From positions 1 to 41,292 of the forward strand of contig NW_014039750.1 in the NCBI RefSeq assembly GCF_001186125.1: DNA of 41,292 nt, in the 5' to 3' direction. Positions 12,700 through 25,469 of the stretch are shown one piece after another. Below the pieces are notes generated by a model. That model was given only the letters and a program-made list of their open reading frames with translations. It had not been told where the DNA came from and ran no database searches. The stretch comes from Sphaeroforma arctica JP610 (lineage: Eukaryota). How positions within the stretch are numbered: position 1 is the stretch's first letter; each line of letters starts with the position of its first letter. Made by a program: the position numbers and the translations under genes.

Positions 12700-13860
12700 G
12701 GAACACCAAGGGACGACCAGCCTCTCTCTCCAAACAGACGTAGTCCCACGGGCGTGCGTGCAAACGTCATGTATGACCGCGTTGCCAACCTCTCAGGCCC
12801 TTCCAGTTACACCTACCGCGGGCAGGCCCTCGATTGGAGTCATGTCCACCATATCGTCGAAGCTGTACATGAGGTGTACATGCACGCTGGCGCGACAAAA
12901 GTAGAACGGGCCGTGAACTTTCTATACGGCTGGTCTAAACTCAGAGATGTTGTCCGAGCCACCGTCAAATGATGCTTTATCTGCCAAGCGTTCGCCAGCA
13001 GTCCATCTCAGGAGTTGGGTCTCCTGCAGCAGCCTGACAGGTCGCAGGTTCCCTTCGACCATATGCACGCCAATTTTGCGGACTTTCCGGGGCTCCTGAT
13101 GGAGTCGGCATTATTCTCCTCGCAGTGTGCAAGACGACTGGCATGGCCTTCTTCCGGCCAGTCCCTGCCAAGTCCAGGCAACTATGCGTTGACTTCGTGT
13201 CAGAACATATCTTCCCTTGGGGCATCCCCTCAGAATTTACGGCGGACCGTGGTTCTGTATTCACCATTGATGTATTGGATGCCTTTTGCGCGAATGAGGC
13301 TATCTACTTACACCTCACTACAGTTAATCATCACCAAGGCAATGGACGCGCGGAAGTTCTGATTAAAGTCGTGAAGGCCTAGGTATACAAGTCAGCGATA
13401 CCCGCCGATCAGACGTCCTGGGTGCGCCTGGTGCACGCCTTTTCCCAGTCGTATGACGCCTTAGTATCCTCTGTCACTGGGGAGGCTCCATATACGAAGG
13501 CTACAACACGCCCTTACCATGGGCCCCAGGCTCCGCTTCTCGAAGAGCGCACGGCATTGATCCTGTCGTCGAAAGCAGGGGCGTTGGACACTGTTGCCCT
13601 TGACCTCAGCGAGGCCATGGTCAGCCGTGCTCAAGTTATACAGAAGGTCGCGGCTGACAAGCAATGATTGGACGTCCCATCCTTTTTCGTTGGTGCTCAG
13701 GTTGTGCGCCTTCTCCATATCAAGGTCCCGGGTTGCCCAGCATGGGCAGGACCGTTGGAAGTCACCCTGGCCGACGAGCACGCTCGTCACCGTGCACGAT
13801 CTCGCAACTAGCAAGGAATTCCTCATGCACCGTACGCACCTCAAGAAATACTATCTCAGC
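12700..13860 (+). pseudogene. GC-rich Ty3/Gypsy integrase remnant (third family)
   Basis: VHEVYMHAG..CFICQ zinc finger; PFDHMHANF; WGIPSEFTADRGSVF; HHQGNGRAE; TGEAPY; WAGP; several stops and frameshifts. Confidence 0.85.
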
Positions 13861-16800
13861 ATTGCCTCGGGCACAACCGTTGCGGTGCGACCGAAAGGGG
13901 TCTATGAGCAGTGGCTGTTCCGCCAATCGCCCTTCGCATCTGCCCCAGAGGACGAACAACGTCGTCTCTTCTACCTCCTCCGGTTGTCCCCTGCTGGCAA
14001 GGCCTGGCGCAATCGAGTGAACTCCCCCTTTTCGTTCTTCCTCGATCACTGGGCTGCCACTAATCCCCCCCCCCCCCCGACCCGTACTACGACCTCCACC
14101 GACCGTACCGTTACGTTCGTCCGTACGTAACGTACGTCGTCCGTCGACCGACGACCTATTGTCGGCCGTACGTCGTCTACTACTANNNNNNNNNNNNNNN
14201 NNNNNCTGGCGAGGACCGTCGGCGGCCGAACTACGTACGGTGGAACGTACCCCCCTTTTTCCCCGTTTTCCGTTTCCCTTCCGTACGTCACCTACGGGCG
14301 TGCCACCTAATACCCCCCNCCCCCCCCCCGGGAATTCAAGCTCACCGCCAACGTTGTTGCCGCCTTAAAGGCTGCCTGGCCAGCCATTATTGCGGCCAGT
14401 CGTCTATCCAATGTCAAGAGTGCCATTGAGATGGCTTTTTCGTCTACTAAGCGTGCAACTAGGCTGGCCGAATGGCAGCAGTCTATGCACTCGCCTTTGT
14501 CCTTCTCCGACCTCCCAGCGGACCGCCACGTAGCTGGCTGGTGCCTCTCAACAATGTCTAATCTCCCGTCTGCCTTGTCTGTACTTTACTGCCTGTACAC
14601 ATTTGTGGCTATGGTCTGTTCACAGTCTTCCTTGAGTCTTGCATCTTCCATCGCAATGTCACACTTCTTTGCTCGGCCCGAGCATACTCAGTTGCATCGG
14701 TTGCCTGCCCTGGGTTGTGTCCGTTGCCTGCCTTGCTCACTTCATCTGGGGGGCGTACGCATTTGTCGCATCACGTGCATGTACTGTTCACTATACGTAT
14801 GTGTGTTCTTATTTGTGCTTATATATGTTCTTCTCCCTTTGCTCATCTACAGTTGTGTCGCGTACGGTGTTGTTTGCCTTCACGCCTTCCCAACTAATTC
14901 CATCTTCGATCACGCATCCATATTGGCCGTTGTCGTACGTATTATCATCGCAGCATCACGTTGCTCGTACCTGCTGTCTTCTCACCGCCGCTGACGTGTT
15001 AATACTTACTTTCCACGTCGTCGGCACTCTGTACACCGCCTTCGCTGTCGGTTGTCGGTTGCGGCTTCACTACCTATCCTAGTTCCTAAGCTACACTGAT
15101 TTTGCGCACGGATATTGTCTCCGTTGCGCTCTTATTGTTTGTTATTCCTATATTTTAAAAATTGCCGACACGGCAGTCTCATTTGTTATGCGTCGGCCCC
15201 GTTTGGCAATTGGGGCGTGTAATAAATTATAGGGCTAACTCTAGGGTTCTGCCAGAACCGCAGTGGGTTACCCTAGGGTTGATGAACTAGGGTTACCCAT
15301 GGGTGAACACACGAGGGTTCAGAGAACTGCTAAAGAGTAAGTACCGGCTGAGTCCCAGATACTTAACTCCAGCACAGTTTGGGTGGCTCTTCCTTTTGGT
15401 TAACCTTAAGAGTAGCCACCAAACTTGCTGACAATTTTAGAGGAACCATAGATTTAGTTTATGCGACTTACAATTGATTTATACTAAATAACAGAAGTAC
15501 TCTACTACGCTCATCGGAGTAAGTCTTGACCTGTGCTCTCGGTTAATCTCAATTTGGTTTAGGAAAACGCATCTCAACGGTGGCTCTCAACCGAGTCTTT
15601 GGTCCTTATCCCTCTTGTGTGTGGGCAGAGCATGCTTCAAGGTGAAAAAGTGGGAGTGTCCTTTGGTGTCAGTGAGACTTGGCTAAGTCCCCCGCCTCGT
15701 GCGCTGCCTGTTGCTTCCTGATCGTTCATCAATGCCGGTTGCTGTTAAATTCTTCGGCCTGGATTGTCTTCCCTTGCGTCGTTTCCGCTGTCTGTATATC
15801 GTGAGAATATCTGGATCTGCGATTTCTGATTCATGTGTCCAGGGGCGCTCTCCATCTGTATATTACAGTGGATAGTCCTGGGTTCCACCACCTCTTGTGG
15901 ATTCTCTGTGGTCAAGTATCGAAAAGAATTGAGTCACTTCTGATGGCTGGACTTGAGTTGGTAGTGAATTCTTCGAACTCGCTAGCTTTTTTGACTATAC
16001 CAATTAGCTCACATTGGCCGAATTGGGAAATTCGGGGGTTTTAGTTTCATCAAGGTTACGGACAAAATACCCGTTGCCCTCTTTGCTTGCTATCTTGTAT
16101 GGTCCTCCGTATGGTGCTGTCATTTTATTCGGTTCACCTAGATAACATATATATATATATATGAACCATCACAATGTCCCCTTCTTGGAAGTGTACATAT
16201 TTCTCTTGGTATTTTCGATCAAATGCTGCGTGCATTTTTTCTTGATATCGTGCCACATTGGTGTCTAGTTGTGGTCGTATGGACTCTTTTAGATTCTTCA
16301 GTTGTGTTTCCCATGGCATTGCTGTACCTGGTGCACTGACTGTTGTGTTATAGTCGGTGAGTAGGTTTTGTCGTCGGCCATAGTACACAGTGAACCCTGG
16401 TGATTTGTGTCTGCATGAGGAACGGAGGTTGTGGCCTGGACAAATGAAAGGCGTGAGCACCAGTTGCCTGGATTTTGTTCAACAAGTTTCCGTAGTAGTG
16501 GAATGAGGCCTCTATGTGAGCGCTCATTTGCTCCCATTACTTTGGGTTGGTACGGTCTGGACACTAAGTGTTGTCACGATGCCTGCTCAATGATTTTTGA
16601 GAGTATGTCATTCACATATTCTGTGCCTTGATCCGTCTGTATGACTTGAGAAAACCCATGTTCACATATGATTGGAACTAGTGTTCGTACAACAGTGGCT
16701 GCCGATTTGTCCATCATAGGTCTTAGTATAGCATATGACGAATGCACATCGAGCCATACCCGAACGTATGTGTTGCCTCTATTCGAGTCTATCAAGGGAC

Positions 16801-17128
16801 CAATGGTGTCTACTTGTATCATGTCGTCTGGAAATGCGGCATTTATTGATTGTAAAGGGTGGAATCCCTTCTTGTGAATTTTGTTCTTGAGACATGGTAC
16901 ACAGCCCTCAATATATAGGTTGACATGTTCCTTTTTTGGCCGGACCATGTGTGACCATCTAGTGTGAGTTTGTTCACTGTTTCTTTGATAGTGTAGTGAC
17001 CCACTGCGTGATATGGTGCTATTAGTGTGGCTCTGTCCTCATACGTGACTGAGTCTAGCTCTGCTGACTAGTCCGCGATGTGTATAGTTTTTGGTCAAAG
17101 TATGGAGACTTTGTGCCTTTTTTGGCTA

Positions 17129-17345
17129 CTAATGTGACCCCCCTGGTGTTGTGCCACAAGCTGTTGTGCCGTTCCTTAAGAACGTGTTGTTTGTGTTCTT
17201 GACTATCATCGGATCTTGTTCAAGTAGTGACAAGAATTTGGGGAACCACGTTGCGTTTGGGTAGTAGGGAACGCATATTGTAATGCTTGTGGCTTCCTCT
17301 ATGACTTTGTCTAACACGTCTGGTATTAGTTCATTCGATGTTTTG
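17129..17345 (-). pseudogene. C-terminal half of the MTase-like domain in element B
   Basis: LIPDVLDKVIEEATSITICVPYYPNATWFPKFLSLLEQDPMIV..TF..GT.A..TP aligns by eye with element A LIPQLLNFVHIQDATITLCCPLRHSEKWLPQLISMIQCEPIYV..TF..GT.A..TPW; lies between RNase H and integrase. Confidence 0.75.
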
Positions 17346-19299
17346 ATGTTGAATGTATCCGTGTAATCGTGACAATCTGTCAGCAACTCCATTATCTTTG
17401 CATGGCACGTGTATGATAGTGAAGTGATGATGGAAAGTTTTCGCTATCCATTTTGCTAGCATGGGATGCATTGTTTGCTGATTGTTCATCTGGCATAACG
17501 TTTTGTGATCTGTCCACAATGTTATATCGCCTCCTGTGATATATTCTGAAAAGTGTTCCAGACTGTATACTAGTGCTAGCAACTCTTTAGTATTTGTCCC
17601 ATGTCTCTGTTGTGCTGGGTTGAGACCTTTTGAGAAATAGAGTATATCTCTTCTGACTCCATCTACAATTTGGAACAGACATCCTCCTATACCATAGTCA
17701 CTTGCGTTGTTCATGATCTGAAACGGTACTTTATCTACTGGGACGCCAAAGTTGCTGAGCATGCAATGACACCTTCGAGTTCTTCCCATTTCTTGATGAG
17801 AAATGAGAAAGATTGACTAAATTTCGACTCATTTCCCTTTCATGAGATTGCGGAAGTGTTTCGTTATGTGTGCAAACTGAGGTATGTGGTCTCGCATATA
17901 ATTTGCTAGACCGATTGCTCGATGTAAGTCACGTTTGGTTCTTGGCAATGGCCAGTCAATCATGCGTTTCTGTTTCTCTGGGTCTGTTTTGAGCCCTTTG
18001 GTTGTTATTTTGACGCCTAATATATTGACTGTCTTGACTGCAAACGCACCCTTGTTGTGATTTAGCCTGAAGTTGGCTGCGTTAAGTCGGTTGATGATTT
18101 CGCGTACTGTTTGTCTATGTTCTTCTCCTGTCATACTGGCGATTTTAATGTCAATGAGGAGGTTGGCCATCACTCGTTCGAATTGTGCTGTTATCGAATG
18201 CAGTCCAAATGGAGCTGATTTGAATGAGTGTTAGGCTCCTCTCCATGAAAATGTAAAGAAGATATTTTCATGTACTTTAAAGTGGTGGAAGCCTCCTGTT
18301 AAGTCTAATTTGGAAAAGAATTGTGCACCTTGTAGGTTGTGGAGTACTTCTTTTATTTTTGGTAGTACATATTTGTCTTATTCATGTTGATAATTTATTT
18401 CTCTTAACTCTAAACATGTGCGTACCTTCTCTAGTATTATTTTGACGCCTAGTATATTGACTGTCTTGACTGCAAATGCACCCTTGTTGTGATTTAGCCT
18501 GAAGTTGGCTGCGATAAGTCGTTTGATGACTTCGCGTACTGTTTCAAGTTCCCCTGTGGATAGTAATGGTAGATTCACTTGTGTGGATGTTGATCTTTTT
18601 TATATGTGGCCATCTTTGACCAATTTCTGAATATTTTCATCCGCTTGTGGTATGTATTTGTGTGGAGCAAAATTCACTTTAGCATGACGAATGTTCATGG
18701 CTTTGACCTCCTGACTTGGTATCTCCACCACACATTCTGGTAGATTGCAGTGTACATCTGGTGGGATCTGACCATTTTGTTCTAACAAGTCTGAAAGTGA
18801 TTCTTTGAATCCTTCCTGTTCATGTTCGGGGCCTTCTTCATGTGGTGTGAGAAGTGATTCCCTTTTAGCATCTGTTGGTATTAGTGGGTTGATTATCCCT
18901 GCTAAGTATATGCCTAAGTATGGTAGAATGTCCATACCTAATAGAACTGGTGATTTCTTGTCTGGGAGGTCAAGTACCTCAAAGCAGTTTGACGTTTTTC
19001 TACCGCCTTAATTTATATCACATACTTCTGTGGAACCTGTGCGTTGTACTCTTGCATCTGATTGTGCTAGTTGTATGTATCCAGGTTGTGCTTTTACAGA
19101 CAAGTATAGTTCAGTTACTACACTTCGATCCATATAATAGCGTTGTGCTCCTGAATCTACTAGTGCATTGTATGTGGTGCCATTGATTTGTATGTCTATG
19201 TGCAATCTTTACTCTCGTGGATTCGGAAGTAAAGAAACGGGTGTGTAAGCAATATTATTTGCATTTATTAACAACGTTTCTTCATCAGTGTGTGCGTTC

Positions 19300-20733
19300 A
19301 CAAAGTCTACCATGTTTATCATGTTAGCCTCCGACCACCAAGCTTTCCATAAATCTTCATCCATGTCTTTCACCTTATTGCCATTTGTAATGGCCAACCG
19401 GTCGATATGGACGAGTTGGTTTTGTTGCGCTGCTCAAGATACTACCGTTAAACGGTTTATTTCGCCTTTGTTGGGGCACTTGCTGAACGCATGCGGTGAA
19501 GGCTTTATACCACAGTGTGGGCAAGGCCGTGGTTCTCGCGGTGCTGGGGTGTCCGTTGTTCTCCTGGTTGACCTCCACCTCTTGGTAGGCCACCCCTTCT
19601 TGGTGGTCCTCCCTCTCTGGATGGACCCCCTGGAGGTATGTCCAGTCTTGGGCTCGCGGCTCGCGGCTCAGGGACGGTTGCGTTTCTCGCTCGCTTGTTG
19701 TCACACTTGCGATTAGCTTGTATTATGGTTGCCTGTCTGATCATGTCTTCAGTGAGTTCATAAAATACCTTCTCTGAGATGTCAGACAAGTGTCCACTAC
19801 TACCATCTGGTTTCGTCCGAGCTTTGATCAGTTTGGCCGTTTCCGCTTGCATGATGCCTTGAAGAATTGCCAATTGATAGACTCTCTCAGTGCCTTTGTA
19901 ATGCTTCTCTAACTCAAACATTGTGCGACGCAACCGTGCTACCCGTACTTCAACATTCATACGAGTGTCATAGAAGTCGTTGAGCCACTTCTCTAGTAGA
20001 TAGTCTACTGGAGTACGACCCAGGTTGTCAATGATTAATATATTATAGTCTTCCACATCAGTGAAGTCTTTCCAAAGCTGTTTGGTACTACGTATATTAT
20101 TGAGTGCAGTGCGCGATACCTCTGTCTCTGTCTGTCTGAGTAGCTCTTGCACTAGTGATAGGTACTGTACCGATGGCATGTTTGTGCTCGCGAACAAATC
20201 TTTGGCTACAGATACAAACTCAATTGTATCACGACAGTCAGCCATGCTGACATATTTGCTTGTTGGCCACTTAAATTGCTCACTCATCTGGAGTAGTTTG
20301 TCCATTTCTGGTTCTGAGATTTTGTCCCCTTCGTGAGGTCTAATTAAAGTTAACTCGCTCATAAAGCCACTGATCGCAATGCACTCATCGTGATCACTTT
20401 TATCACAGTTCTTCATAGCTTTATTGTATAGCTCTGACAACCACTGGTCTATTACTGGTATTAATCTATTGGGTTGTTGGTCATGAACTGCTTTGCGGAG
20501 TTTGTGGAGTGCTCTTATGTCAATGGGGTCGTCCGCTGTTTGTGCATACAACCTACTAGTATATCTACGGTGTAGAAGTTGCTCTCATAGAGGGTCTTGT
20601 CCAAGACTATGTTGTACTTACTCATCGCTGGATCCAATGGAGCTCTTGCTGGTGTGGACTCATCATCCATGCGCACCCCTCCATTCCCATTGTGTGAGGT
20701 AGATGTGCGTGAGGATGCTTGAGAAACTGACAT
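19300..20733 (-). pseudogene. gag: gag of element B (ORFs 20515-20733 and 19505-20551 plus a frameshifted zinc knuckle)
   Basis: 348-aa ORF upstream of the protease, followed by a Gly/Arg/Pro-rich stretch and a C-X2-C-X6-H-X4-C knuckle in the next frame. Confidence 0.75.
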
Positions 20734-21162
20734 TGTGGGTGCTGTTTCTAGTCGTGTTCTGGTTGTACGACTTGTACTGCCTATTGTATGTGTTCTGCTT
20801 GAGCTTACTTGTGTGCGTAGGCTCCGTCGTGCTGCACGTCTTTATTGATATGGAGCAGAAGTCATTGACTGTTCTGTGTATTGAGTATGACGCAATTTTG
20901 TTAGAGTTTATCTATTCTTCCTTGACCTGAAATGTGTCACTCCTTTGTAAATATACCCTTTGGGTCACATGTGGTTAATTACCTGTATTGGTGTGCCCTC
21001 TGTGGTGTCTGGCGACTGTGTTGACTGTGGGTCCTTGTGCTTGATTGGGTTGAACTTGGCTGTCTTTTGATATCTGGGTTTATTTAGAGACTTTTTGGTT
21101 TGAGGAGATAAACTTTGGTTTATGTGGTTCCAGTGGTATAAACCTGGGTTGTCTTGGTAACC

Positions 21163-21205
21163 TTAGGGTTTTAGGGTTTTAGGGTTTTTAGGGTTTAGGG
21201 TTTAG
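21163..21205 (+). repeat. Telomere-like (T)nAGGG repeat, 5 G-tracts
   Basis: TTAGGGTTTTAGGGTTTTAGGGTTTTTAGGGTTTAGGGTTTAG. Confidence 0.8.
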
Positions 21206-21589
21206 TTGCATTTGTTCGATGCTTAGTGTAAATAATAAGAAGAATAATCCTCTTTTTGGTTTGTGCACGTTCTTGTGGTAGTGTGATTTCGCTGTGTGTG
21301 CGTGTTGTATTCAACTGTCGAGTTTGCACATGTGCCTGCTTTTTAGTGTTGTAGTTTCACTATGTCGAGAGCAGCTATTTTGACCCTTGTGTTTTAGTGA
21401 TGGAGTGTCTGTCTGAATTGAAGTTATATTGCTTCGTTGTGTTGCAGAGTTTATCCTCTCAGTTTAGATATTTAAGTGTTCTGGTAGATCTCTGACCTTG
21501 GTTACCCTAGTTTCTTTCCTTGTTATATTATCTGGGATATATGTGCTTTTTATGTTCGTAGTAACTCTTCCCAGTATTGTTGTGAGTCT

Positions 21590-21995
21590 ATGTTTGCAGA
21601 TTCACAGTCACATGTATGGCGGATCACAATTATATTTATATATGTGTTTAGGACCACAATTATGTGTTTGTAGAATCACAATTATTTGCGTGTGTAGCAC
21701 CGCAATTATATTTGTGTAAATTACAATTATATGTGTGCAGTAGCTCGATGTGTGTTCAATGTCCGTGTGCAATAGGATCACAATTATATGTGTGCAGTAG
21801 TTCGATGTGTGTTCAATGTACGTGTGCAAGGTCACCATATGAGTGTGGAATCAAAATTATTCACAAATATATGCTTGTGTATGATCACAATTACCTGCGT
21901 GCAGAATCACAATTATGTGTGTGTAGGTTCACAATGTTATGTGTGTGGGATCACAATTCTATGTGTGAAGTAGCCTGGTTGTGGGCCAGATCACC
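21590..21995. repeat. Degenerate tandem array (CACAATTATGTGTG core, includes a 57-bp duplication) upstream of element B gag
   Basis: Recurrent ATCACAATTAT..GTG motifs at ~25-30-bp spacing; 21724-21780 repeated from 21781. Confidence 0.7.
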
Positions 21996-22857
21996 CTTTG
22001 TGGTTGTGTTGTAGCAGGGATTTTCTTAATTCGTTTCTCTGTTGCTATTCATATGTCTCTTGACACTTTCTGTTGGGTATTCTTGTACTTGCTTACAAAC
22101 TGTTGAGGATTTGTATGTGTCTATTCTACTATCACTATTTGTGATGCTTTGATGTGTACTCTGTGATTCTTGAATGCTTTATTGTGAAGAGATATCTATG
22201 GAGTGTAGATCTCAGTACACGCTTTGAAAAAGAAGCCTCTATGGAGTGTAGTTGCTTTAGCCTTTGTCTTCTTAGTACCCAATCTGATGTCTATTGGTAC
22301 TGGTACGGTTCAGATTTGTGGCTGTATTTGCCAATTTACTGATTTATGTTATTCGATGTCTATTAACAATTGTGTGCTTGCGGCCGTTTTTGCTTTTTAT
22401 TGTTTTGGCTTACTTGACTAACATTCTTGTGATCTCTTTGTATCTTATGTGGTCACCTCTGTATTGTTGCATATGTCAATTGTGCTGCAGTTGTATACGA
22501 GTCTGTTCAACGATGCGTGTGCTTTTCATATTCTTAGTCGAAAGGTATATGCACTTCTACAGCTAAGCTTGATTGTTTCTGTGTTCGTCACTCGAGCTGT
22601 GTACCCTGCATTGCATGTGGCCTTATTCTTACTGTGTACTATTTGTGTGTTGTGAGTGGTGGCTATACTGGTAATCTAATTCAGTTCTTTCTCCATTGTC
22701 CTCTGTACACTCACAAATATGGTGAATCTATACTTATAAGTATTCAATATAAGAACTGGGATGTTGAGCTATACTTCAGGTCTTGTTCTAGGGATACTTA
22801 TCAAAGTGACATTTGATAGGTACACTTTTGACATTTGATATGTACACTTTTCTCTAT

Positions 22858-23603
22858 TGTGTTGGTCGGTTTTAACACCCCAACATATAAATCAGAAAAG
22901 AAGTTATCACAATGGCACTTTCTTTAAATGTCTTTTGGTAAAGTTAGGTAAGCCTCGTGAAAACAGCAATACTCTGAGGGATTGTGAGGCTGAGACATTG
23001 CCTATATATAATCCTCTCAGTACTGTTTTTACGCCGAAGGGATTCTATTTAATGTTTCGTTGTCGCTCTAATAGAAACTATGGTAGAAACTATGGTATGT
23101 TTCGTTGGGGTGAATCCGAGAGACTCATAAAATCCTATCTTTAGAAAAAAGAAAAAAGAAAAAATACTCTTGATGTCCATAGTTATTGCATTAACCAATA
23201 ACTTGCCACTTATCAAAAATTACCGACTTAGCCTTCATCAAACTGGCACATCTGGTTGGCTGAACGGAGGATAAACTAAGCAACGCTATAAGTCCTTAGA
23301 AACCTATGTTCGGATGAGCCATCTCGCTACCGAAGTATTCAGATAGAAATAGATTTGGAAAGTAAATATAGTTCTATTAATAGAACTAGACCAAATCTTA
23401 TGTTTGGTATTTTACTGGGGCCTTTTAATGGCCTTGCCCAAATATCTGATATGTAAAATGGAAAAGGTATTAATTAATAAAACCGTTAAAAACCATTTAG
23501 GAAACTTAAGTTCCTTGTACTATTAAGGGTACGTTTTTAGTTTACGTACTGCTTAAGAGTACGTTTATAACATAGAGTCTAATGTGGAGGCCCGGCTATT
23601 ACA
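22858..23603 (-). repeat. LTR-like repeat family D, copy 3, inserted upstream of element B gag
   Basis: Ends GGAGGCCCGGCTATTACA; colinear with 11600-12548 apart from the insertion in copy 2; left end approximate. Confidence 0.75.
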
Positions 23604-24604
23604 GTTGTATGCTCAGGATATTCTTGGCGAGTCTATCCTTGGGTATACTTCTTGTATACTCAAGCTTATATAAGCTTGTTTACTCAGAACACCAAAACAA
23701 AACACTTTGTTGAGTTTCTTACTACAAATAAAACTCTTGTTGGTTACCTGGTGTGTCAAGGTTGCTGGTTTCCCAGGAGAAGTACCTCTTTTCTTTTCTT
23801 TCCTCTTCTTGCTTGCTCCTTATCCTTTTGAGTTGTTTGCCCTGGCTTGTTGAGCCTTCCGGTTCAACTTCTTGTCCCTTCGCAGCAACTTGGACTATTG
23901 CTAGTTCTTTTTCAATATATTGTAACTTGTGTTAACTCAAGCTTATTGTGTTCCTTTTCCTATTACTGACTTACCGTGGTAAGGATATTGTTAAAAATTT
24001 AGAGTTTGAGAGTAGCTTATAAGATACGACCAGAAGAAGCAATAGACTTCTTCTCAAGTGCAAATCCTACAGCTAGGTAAAAGTCTGAGGCTGAAAATTC
24101 CGCATTGAGTTTTTATTTGTGTTTAGTATTTTCTACACTAGACTCAATATTTACTTAAGTGTTTCTCTCACACGGGGGAGTCCCGGTATCATCTACCTGT
24201 ATTCCCGCTACATTTCTGATCACTCAATCATCCGAAATATTGGATCCTAGATCCAAAACTCAGTATTTGATAATCCTGGGTTTTGGTTTTAGGATTGGCT
24301 TTCTGATAATTTAGCCCCCGGATGCTACATTAAAACCAACGTGTACTTGGAATTGACATGTACATGAATTCTTATAGACAGGTCTTCTTTAGCATATGTC
24401 ATCTGACAGACTGTTATGCTTGACACTATATATGGAAATTGCTATATTATAATATATATTAGAGAGCAACAGTAATTCTACACCGACAGTAACCGCGCGT
24501 TCCCTTATGTATCACCGCTGCACCATCGTCTACGAAAGACAAAAAAACCCTGGACGTCACGAGAGTTGAACTCGTTGCGCGTCGTATACTGTGTAGGGAC
24601 CATG

Positions 24605-24830
24605 CTAAGGTCGAACTCGGAAAGTAATCTTGTGCCTATTCTCTTCGCGGATGAAGCACTGATTAAACCCGTTGGCATTGTCGGTGGTAGTCACCCTTTG
24701 CACATTGCTGATCTGTATGCACAGCTCGTTTTCAGACGGCTTGTTCGCATTATCTGGCAGGGACTACTTATTGAAACCATCGTACACTTGGCACGTCCGT
24801 CTATCTTTGTAGCACACTGGGGACAATCTG
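24605..24830 (-). pseudogene. Gypsy-type reverse transcriptase fragment (not in the ORF track)
   Basis: Minus-strand translation RTCQVYDGFNK*SLPDNANKPSENELCIQISNVQRVTTTD/PTGFNQCFIREENRHKITF matches the RT blocks R.C.DY..LN..P..EL and D..GF.Q.....R.KT.F. Confidence 0.6.
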
Positions 24831-25390
24831 CTCCATAGTTCTTTTTTTTTGCCATAGATGTGGCAAGTGATGTGCTTAAAGAAAATCTTATTTATTTCAA
24901 GTTGACAGTAGCATACATTATTATTAACCAATGGGAACTGATTGTTGACTAGTAGCGTGAGTCCAATGGTTTTATATCCAATCGGGCCGGTAGTCGTCCT
25001 TTGCTGGCCGGTATGGACCGTTTTTACCTAATTTCCCCCATTTATTTAGGGCCGCTCGGATATCCAAGGTGGTTGGGCGTTCTGCACTCTGGTCGGATGA
25101 GTGAGAATTTCTATTTCAATTCCTGAGCGAGATTCAAACTTGCGGTTTACCAATACTCTGTGCTTAGGCACCAATGTAGTCAAACCCGAGGAGTGTTTAG
25201 TCTGGATAAGTGAACTTAGTAAGAAGTGCCGTTGTGAACGGAACGCGTGCTGTATATACGAATCACGTTCCTGTGACAGGGGACGGGATTTTGTCTAACA
25301 ACTGGTGATTGTGAAAATACCCGTATCTATGGTTTTCTCAATTATGATGACATCCGATGAGTCATCATTCTTTCTCACCAAATCCTCTAT

Positions 25391-25466
25391 TCCGGTCCCA
25401 TGGCCCGGTCCCCTAGTCCGGTCCCCTAGTCCGGTCCCCTAGTCTGGTCCCCTAGTCTGGTCCCCT
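25391..25466. repeat. 13-bp tandem repeat, ~5-6 copies
   Basis: Unit CTAGTC(C/T)GGTCCC, at the point where element F coding similarity stops. Confidence 0.9.
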
Positions 25467-25469
25467 CCA

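Larger units (their letters stand above)
15770..20733 (-). mobile_element. Degenerate Ty3/Gypsy retrotransposon 'B' (gag, PR, RT, RH, truncated MTase, IN, chromodomain-like tail); matched LTRs not identified
   Basis: Zn knuckle CPHCGIKPSPHAFSKC (~19475-19525); PR ALVDSGA (19008-19205); RT KLDLTGGFHH and SAPFGL with YxDD lost; RH NASDYGIGGCL..KELLA..TDHK..ADRLSR (17331-17789); IN CVPC..QVDTIGP..TDQGTEY..NERSH..YGGPY. Confidence 0.9.

Noticed and set aside
14065..14330. Dense CGTACG/TACG-rich, repeat-like sequence around the N gap
   Set aside because: It sits at contig ends next to poly-C runs and follows the TACG order typical of pyrosequencing noise; most likely a low-quality read artefact.
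14431..15082. Hydrophobic 187-aa and 147-aa ORFs (possible env-like gene)
   Set aside because: Explained by T/C-rich composition; overlapping frames are open and no envelope motifs were recognised.
15218..15620. Possible 3' LTR (starts TGTAATAAAT after GGGGCG; hairpin at ~15377-15424)
   Set aside because: No matching second copy in the window, so it cannot be assigned to element B or to the GC-rich element.
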